DNA of 64,000 nt from the human T2T-CHM13v2.0 reference genome, Homo sapiens: assembly GCA_009914755.4 (NCBI GenBank), contig CP068257.2:7136001-7200000 (forward strand), in the 5' to 3' direction. Under the pieces are notes generated by a model. The model made no database searches and had not been told where the DNA came from. It worked only from the letters and a program-made list of their open reading frames with translations. Of this stretch, positions 57,201 to 64,000 are shown one piece after another (positions within the stretch are counted from its first letter, which is position 1; each line of letters starts with the position of its first letter). Made by a program: the position numbers and the translations under genes.

Positions 57201-60200
57201 GAAAGAATGGAACGGAATGGAATGGAATGGAATGTTATAGAAGGGAATGGAATCAACTCGAGGGGAAAGGAATGGAATGGAAAGGAATGGAATGGAATGG
57301 ATTGGAATGGATTGCAATGAAATGCAATGGTATGGAATGGAGTCAACCCAAGAGCAATGTAATGGAATGGAATAGAATGGAATGGAATGGAATGCAATGG
57401 AATTGAGTTGAATGGAATAAACCCCAGAGGAATGGAATGGAATGACATGGAATGGAATGGTATGGATAGGAATGGAATGGAATGGAATGGAATAAACTGG
57501 AATGGAATGGAATGGAATGAAATCAAAAAAAGTGGACTGGAATGGAATGGAATGGAATTTAATGGAATGGAATCAACTGGAATGGAATGAAATGGAATGG
57601 AATGAAATGGAATGGAATGGAATGGAATGGAAACAACCCAAGTGGAATGGAATGCAATGGAATGCAATGGAATGCAATGGAATCGAATTCAACGTAATGT
57701 AAACAAACCGAGTGGAACGCAATGGAATGGAAAGGACTGAAATGTAATGGAAGTGATTGGAATCAAACCGATACCAATGCAACGGAATGGAAAGGAATGG
57801 TATCGAAAGGAAGGGAATGGAATGGAATGGAAAGGAATGGAATGAACTGGAAAGGAATGGAATGGAATGGAATATAATGGAATGGAATGGAATGGAATCA
57901 ACCCGAATGGAATGGAGTGGAATGGAATGAAATGGAATGGAATGCAATGGCAGGTATCAGAAACAACTGGAATGGAATGGAATGGAATGGAATGGAGTTG
58001 AATGGAAGGGAATGGAATGGAGTAAACCCGAATGGAATGGAATGGAATGGAAAGGAATGGAATGGATTTGAATGGAATGGAATGGAATGGAGTGGAATGG
58101 AATAGAATGGAATGGATTGGAATGGAATGGAATGGAATCATCCCGAGAGGAATGGAATGGAATGGAATGGAGTTTTCCCGAGTGGAATGGAATGGAATGG
58201 AATCAACCCGAATGAAATGGTATGGAATGGAATAGAATGGAATGGAATCAACTCGAGGGGAAAGGAGTGGATTGGAATGGAATTGAATGGAATGGAATAT
58301 AATTGAATGGAATGGAATGAAATGGAATCAACCCAAGTGGAGTGGAATGCAATGGAACGGAAATGAGTGGAATGGAATTGAACGAAATGGAATTAACTCG
58401 AGGTGAATGGAATGGAATGGCATGGAATCGAATGGAATCAACCCGAGAGGAATGGAATGGAATGGAAAGCAATGGAATGAAACGGAAAGGTATGCAATGG
58501 AATCAACTGGAATGGAATGGAATGGAATGGAATGGAATGGAATGCATTGGAATCAACTGGAATGGAATGGAATCAACTGGAATGGAATGGAATGGAATCA
58601 ACTGGAATGGATTGAAATGGAATGGAATGGAATGCATTGGAATGGAATGGAAACAACCGAAGTGGAATGGAATGCAATGGAACGGAAATGAATGGAATGG
58701 AATGGAACGGAATGGAGTTAACTCGAGGTGAATGGAATGGAATGGCATGGAATGGAATGGAATCAAACCGAGTGGAATGGAATGGAATGGAAAGCAATGG
58801 AATGGAATGGAATGGAATGCATTGGAATCAACAGGAATGGAATGGAATGGAATGGAATGGAATGCATTGGAATCAACTGGAATGGAATGGAATGGAATCA
58901 ATCCGGTTGAATGGAGTGGAATGGAATGGAGTGGAATGGAACGCAATGGAGTGGAATGGAATTGAATGGAATAGAATGGAGTCAAACCGAATGGAAGGGA
59001 ATGGAATGGTATGGAATGGAATATAATGGAATGGAATAGAAAGGAATGCTATGGAATCAACCCGAGTAGCATGGAAATGAATGGAATGGAATGGAATGCA
59101 TTCAACCCAAGAGGAATGGAATGGAATGGAATGAAACGGAATCAACCATAGTGGAATGGAATGTAAAGGAATGAAATGGAATCCACCCAAGAGGAATGGA
59201 ATGGAACGGAATGGAATGGAAGGAAAGGAATGAAATGGAATGGAATCAACCCGAGTGGAATGGAATGGAATGGAAAGGAAAGGAATGGAATGGAATGGAA
59301 TGGAATGGAATGGAAGGGTATGGAATCAAACCGAGTGGAATGGTATGGAATGGAATGGAATGGAACGGAATGGACTGGAATAAAATGGAATGGAATGGAA
59401 TGGAATCAACCCGACGGAAATGGAATGGAATGTAATGGAATGGAATAAAACCGAGTGGAATAGAATGGAATGGAATGGAATGGTATGGAATGGAATCAAC
59501 CCGAGTGGAATGGAATGGAATGGAATGGAATGGAATAAACTGGAGTGGAATGGAATTGAATGGCACGGAATGGAATGGAATTAACCCGAGTGGCATGGAA
59601 TGGAATGGTATAGAATGTAATAGAATGGAATGGAATCAACTCGAGTGGAAAGGAATGGAATGAAAAGGAATGGAATGGAATGGAATGGATAGGAATGGAA
59701 TGCATTGGAAAGCAATGGTATGGAATGGATTCAACCCGAGAGGAATGTAATGGAATGGAATGGAATGGAATGCAATGGAATGGAGTTGCATGAAATAAAC
59801 CCCATAGGAATGGAATGGAATGGAACGGCATGGAATGGAATGGTATGGATAGGAATGGATAGGAATGGAATGGAATGGAATGGAATGGAATGGAATGGAA
59901 TGGAATGCAATGGAATGGAATGCAATGGAATGGAATGGAAAAAGCTGAAGTGGAATGGAATGCAATGGAATGCAATGGAATGAAATTCAACGTAATGGAA
60001 ACAAACAGAGTGGAATGGAATGGAATGGAAAGGACTGAAATGTAATGGAAGTGATTGGAATCAAACCGATTCCATTGCAAAGGAATGGAAAGTAATGGAA
60101 TATGATACAAGGGAGTGGAATGGAATGGAAAGGAATGGAATTAACTGGAATGGAATGGAATGGAATGGAATGTAATATAATTGAATGGAATGGAATGGAA

Positions 60201-63200
60201 TGAACCCGAGTGGACTGGAATGGAATGGAATGGAAATGAATCGAATGCAAAAAAATGGAACGGAATGGAATGAACCCAAGTGGAACGGAATTGAATTGAA
60301 TGGAATGGAATGGAAAGGAACAGAACGGAACGAAATGGAATGGAATGGAATGGAATGGAATGCAATGGAATGGAATGAACAAATGTGGAATGGAATGGAA
60401 TGGAATGGATTGGAATGGGATGCAATGGAATCAACCCGAGTGGAACAGAATGGAATGGAAAGGAGTGGAATGGAATGGAATTGAATGGAATAGAATGGAG
60501 TGGAATGGAAGGGGATGTAATAGAATGGAATGGAATGGAATGGGATGGAACAGAATGGAAAGGAGTCAACCTGAATGGAAAGAAATGGTATGGAATGGAA
60601 TGGAAGGGAATGGAATGGAACGGAATGGAATGGAATGGAATGGAAAGGAATGGAATTGAATGGAATGGAATGGAATGGTATGGAGTCAACCCGAGTGGAA
60701 TACTATGGAACGGAATGGAATGGAATGGAATGGAATAAAATGGAATGGAATGGAATGGAATCAACCAGAGTGAAATGGCATGGAATAGAATGGAATGGAA
60801 TCAACCCGAGTGGAATGGAATGGAATGGAATGGAATGGAGTGGAATGGAACGGAATGGAATGGAATGGAATGGAGTGGAATGGAACGGAATGGAATGCAA
60901 TGGAGTGGAATGGAATGGAATGGATTTGAATGGAATAAACCCCAGAGGAATGGAATGGAATGGAACGGCATGGAATGGAATGGTATGGATAGGAATGGAT
61001 AGGAATGAAACGGAATGGAATGGAACGGAATGGAATGGAATGGAATGGAATGGAGTGGAGTGGAATGGAATGGAATGGAACAGAATCAACGCGAGTGGAA
61101 TGGAATGCAATGGAAGGCAATGGAGTGGAATGGAATTCAATGGAAGGCAATGAAATGGAATGGAATGGAATGTATTGGAATCAACTGGAATGGAATGGAA
61201 TGGAATGGAATGGAATGGAATGGAATGGAGTCAATCCGGGTTGAATGGAATGCAATGAAATGATGTTGAATGGAATGCAATGGAGTGGAATGGAATGGAA
61301 TGGAATGGAATGGAATGGAATGGAATGGAATCAACCCGAATGGAATGGAATGGAATGCAATGGAATGGAAGGGAACGGAATGCTATGGAAACAACCCGAG
61401 TGGAATGCAAATGAATGGAATGGAATGGAATCAACCCAAGTGGAAAGGAATGGAATGGAATGCAATGGAATCAAACAGAGTGGAATGGAATGGAAAGGAA
61501 TGGAATGCAATGGAACGGAATTGAAAGGAATGGAATGGAATCAACCCAAGAGGAATGGAATGGAATGGAATGGAATGGAATAGAATGTCATGGAATGGAG
61601 TGGAATGGAATCAACCAGAGTGGAATGGAACGGAATGGAATGGAATGGAATGGGAGGCAATGGAATGGAATGGAATGGAATGGAATGGAAACAACCCGAG
61701 TGGAATGGAATGGAATGGAATGGGATGGACTGGAATGGAATGGAATGGAATGGAATGGAATGGAATGGAATGGAAAGGTATGGCATGGAATGGAATGGAA
61801 TTCAATCAGCCCGAGTGGAATGGAATGGAATGGAATGCAATGGAATGGAATTGAAAGGAATGGAATGGAATCAACCCAAGAGGAATGGAATGGAATGGAA
61901 TGGAATGGAATGTCATGGAATGGAGTGGAATGGAATCAACCAGAGTGGAATGGAACGGAATGGAATGGAATGGAATGGGAGGCAATGGAATGGAATGGAA
62001 TGGAATGGAAACAACCCGAGTGGAATGGAATGGAATGGAATGGGATGGACTGGAATGGAATGGAAGGGAATGGAATGGAATGGAATGGAATGGAATGGAA
62101 TGGAATGGAAAGGAATGGCATGGAATGGAATGGAATGCAATCAGCCAGAGTGGTATGGAATGGAATGGAATGCAATGGAATGGAATGGAAAAGAATGGAA
62201 TGGAACAGAATGGAATGGAATAAAATGGAATGAACCTGAATGGAATGGAAGAAATGAACCTGAATGGAATGGAATTGAATGGAATTGATTGGAATGGAAT
62301 GGAATGGAATCAACCCGAGTGGAATGGAATGGAATGCAATGGAGTGGAATGGAACGCAATTGAATGGAATGGAATAGAACAGAATGCAATGAAATGGAAT
62401 GGAATGGAACGGAATGGAATGGAATGGAGTGGAATGGAGTGAAATGGAATGGAATAAACCCAAATGGAATGGAATGGAATGGAATGGAAGGCAATGAAAT
62501 GGAATGGAATGAAACCGAGTAGAATGGAATGGAAGGGAATGGAAAGGAAGGGAAATGAATGGAAACGAATGGAAAGGATTGGTATGGAATCAACATTAGT
62601 GGAATGGAATGGAATGGACTCGAACAGAATGGAATGGAGTGGAATGGAATGGAATGGAATCAACCCGAGTGGAATGCAATTGAATGGTATGGAATGGAAT
62701 GGAATGGAACCAACGCGAGAGGAATGGAATGGAATGGAATGGAATGGAATCAACCCGAGTGGAATGGAATGGAATGGAATAGAATGGAATGGAATGGAAT
62801 GGAATGGAATGGAAAGGAATGGAATGGAATCAACCCGAATGGAATGGAATGGAAAGGAATGGAATGGAACGGAATGGAATCGAATGGAATGGAATCAACC
62901 CGAGTGGAATGGAATGGAATAGAATGGAATTGAATCAATCTGAGTGGAATGGAATGCAATGCAATGGAATGGAATGGAACGATATGGAATGGAATAGAAT
63001 GGAATGGAGTCACCGTGAGGGGAAAGGAATGGAATGGAAAGGAATGGAATGGAATGGGAAGGAATGGAATGCAATGGAATGCAATGGTATGGAATGGAGT
63101 CAAACCGAGAGGAAAGTAATGGAATGGAATTGAATGGAATGGAATGGAATGCAATGGAACAGAATGGAATGGAATCAACCGTGTGGAATGGAATGGAAAG

Positions 63201-64000
63201 GAATGGAATGGAATGGAAAGGAATGGAATGCAATGGAATGGAATAGAATCAACCCGAGTGGAATGGATAGGAATGGAGTGGAATGGAATGGAACGGCATC
63301 CAATACAATGGAATCAACTAGAATGGAATGGAATGGAATGGAATGGAACGGAATCAACCTGAGTGGAATGGAATGGAATGCAGTGGAATGAATGGAATGC
63401 AATGGAATTGAACTAATGGAATGGAATTGAAACAACCCGAGTGGATTGGAATGCAATGTAATGGAATGGAATAGAATGGAATGGAATCAATCCGGGTTGA
63501 ATGGAATGGAATGGAATGGAGTGGAATAGAATGGAATGGAGTGGAATGGAATGGAATGGAACGGAATATACCCGAATATAATGTAATGGAATGGAAAGAA
63601 ATGGAATCAAGAAGAATGGAATGCAATGGATTGGAATGGAATGAAATGGAATGGAATGGAACGGAATAAACACGAGTGGAATGGAATGGAGTGGAATGGA
63701 ATGGAATGGAAAGGAATGGAATCAACCCTAGTGGAATGCTATGGAATGGAATAGAATGGAATGGAATGGAATGGAATAAAATGGTTTGGAATGGAATGGC
63801 ATCAACCCCAGTGAAATGGAATGGAATGGAATGGAATGGAACCAACCCGAGTGGAATGGAATGGAATGCAATGGAACGGAATGGAATCCACCCAAGTGGA
63901 ATGGAATGCAATGGAATGGAACGGAATGGAATGGAATGGAATGGAATGGAACCAACTGGAATGAAACGAATGGAATGGAATGGAAATGAATGGAATGGAA

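Larger units (their letters stand above)
1..64000 (+). repeat. Satellite III-type (GGAAT)n pericentromeric satellite array occupying the entire window; the G-rich strand is the + strand
   Basis: GGAAT/GAATG pentamer dominates every 60-base line. The + frames translate to MEWNG repeats and the - frames to IPFHS repeats throughout. CAACCCGAGT punctuation in the 3' 24 kb matches the published satellite III consensus (ATTCC)n + A/T-TCGGGTTG. No unique non-satellite sequence was seen. Confidence 0.93.
40050..64000 (+). repeat. Canonical satellite III domain: (GGAAT)n punctuated by CAACCCGAGT (reverse complement ACTCGGGTTG) and decay variants
   Basis: The first aatcaactgg/aatcatcccga appear at ~40,084-40,130 and the first aatcaacccaag at ~40,244. 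After that, ggaatcaacccgagtggaatgg or its variants (caacccaagtgg, caacctgagtgg, caaccagagtgg, caacacgagtgg, caaaccgagtgg) occur every few tens of bp to the end of the window. Confidence 0.9.

Noticed and set aside
1-64000. CRISPR array / prokaryotic defence locus
   Set aside because: The repeat period is 5 bp with degenerate variants, not 25-50 bp direct repeats separated by unique spacers. No cas-like coding sequence is present. The sequence is eukaryotic (hominid) satellite, so prokaryotic system-hunting does not apply.
1-64000. Alpha satellite (171-bp centromeric monomers)
   Set aside because: No 171-bp periodicity and no CENP-B box-like motif are present, and the A/T-rich alpha monomer composition is absent. 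The dominant period is 5 bp (GGAAT).
40050-64000. Assigning the array to a specific chromosome (9q12, Yq12/DYZ1 or 15p/D15Z1)
   Set aside because: CAACCCGAGT-punctuated satellite III occurs at several pericentromeric and acrocentric sites. The apparent ~1.5-2.4 kb unit is suggestive, but without alignment to chromosome-specific higher-order-repeat consensus sequences any assignment would be a guess.

Overview
The whole 64 kb window is tandem satellite DNA built on the pentamer GGAAT on the + strand (ATTCC on the - strand). This is the classical hominid, most parsimoniously human, pericentromeric satellite III / (GGAAT)n family. I found no protein-coding genes, RNA genes, CRISPR arrays, transposon insertions or prokaryote-like operons. 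I do not see a novel coding system here. The interest is in the repeat architecture.

Every ORF in the supplied six-frame track (MEWNG.. on +, IPFHS.. on -) is an artefact. The pentamer contains no stop codon in any of the six frames.

Domain structure:
- (a) 1-5,510: GGAAT runs punctuated by GGACTCGAATGG / AATCGAATGG variants. A GGAGT-variant island sits at about 3,940-4,800.
- (b) 5,510-24,700: a composite domain of alternating GGAGT-rich (GGAGTGGAGTGG...) and GGAAT-rich sub-blocks. The sub-blocks are joined by a conserved motif of the form ..CATCGAATGGAATCGAATGGAATGCGGTGAAGTGGAGTGG.. Kilobase-scale paralogous segments give a higher-order-repeat-like organisation.
- (c) 24,700-40,050: diverged GGAAT-dominant satellite with no CAACCCGAGT motif.
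- (d) 40,050-64,000: canonical satellite III in which CAACCCGAGT (reverse complement ACTCGGGTTG) and its decay variants punctuate GGAAT runs every few tens of bp. Recurring 100-750 bp landmark modules are spaced irregularly at about 0.55, 1.5-2.4, 4, 6-7 and 12 kb.

Several very young perfect or near-perfect tandem duplications (60, 80 and 190 bp) and a roughly 550 bp local triplication are present. Strand polarity (G-rich strand = +) is uniform across the window, including across the subfamily boundary.
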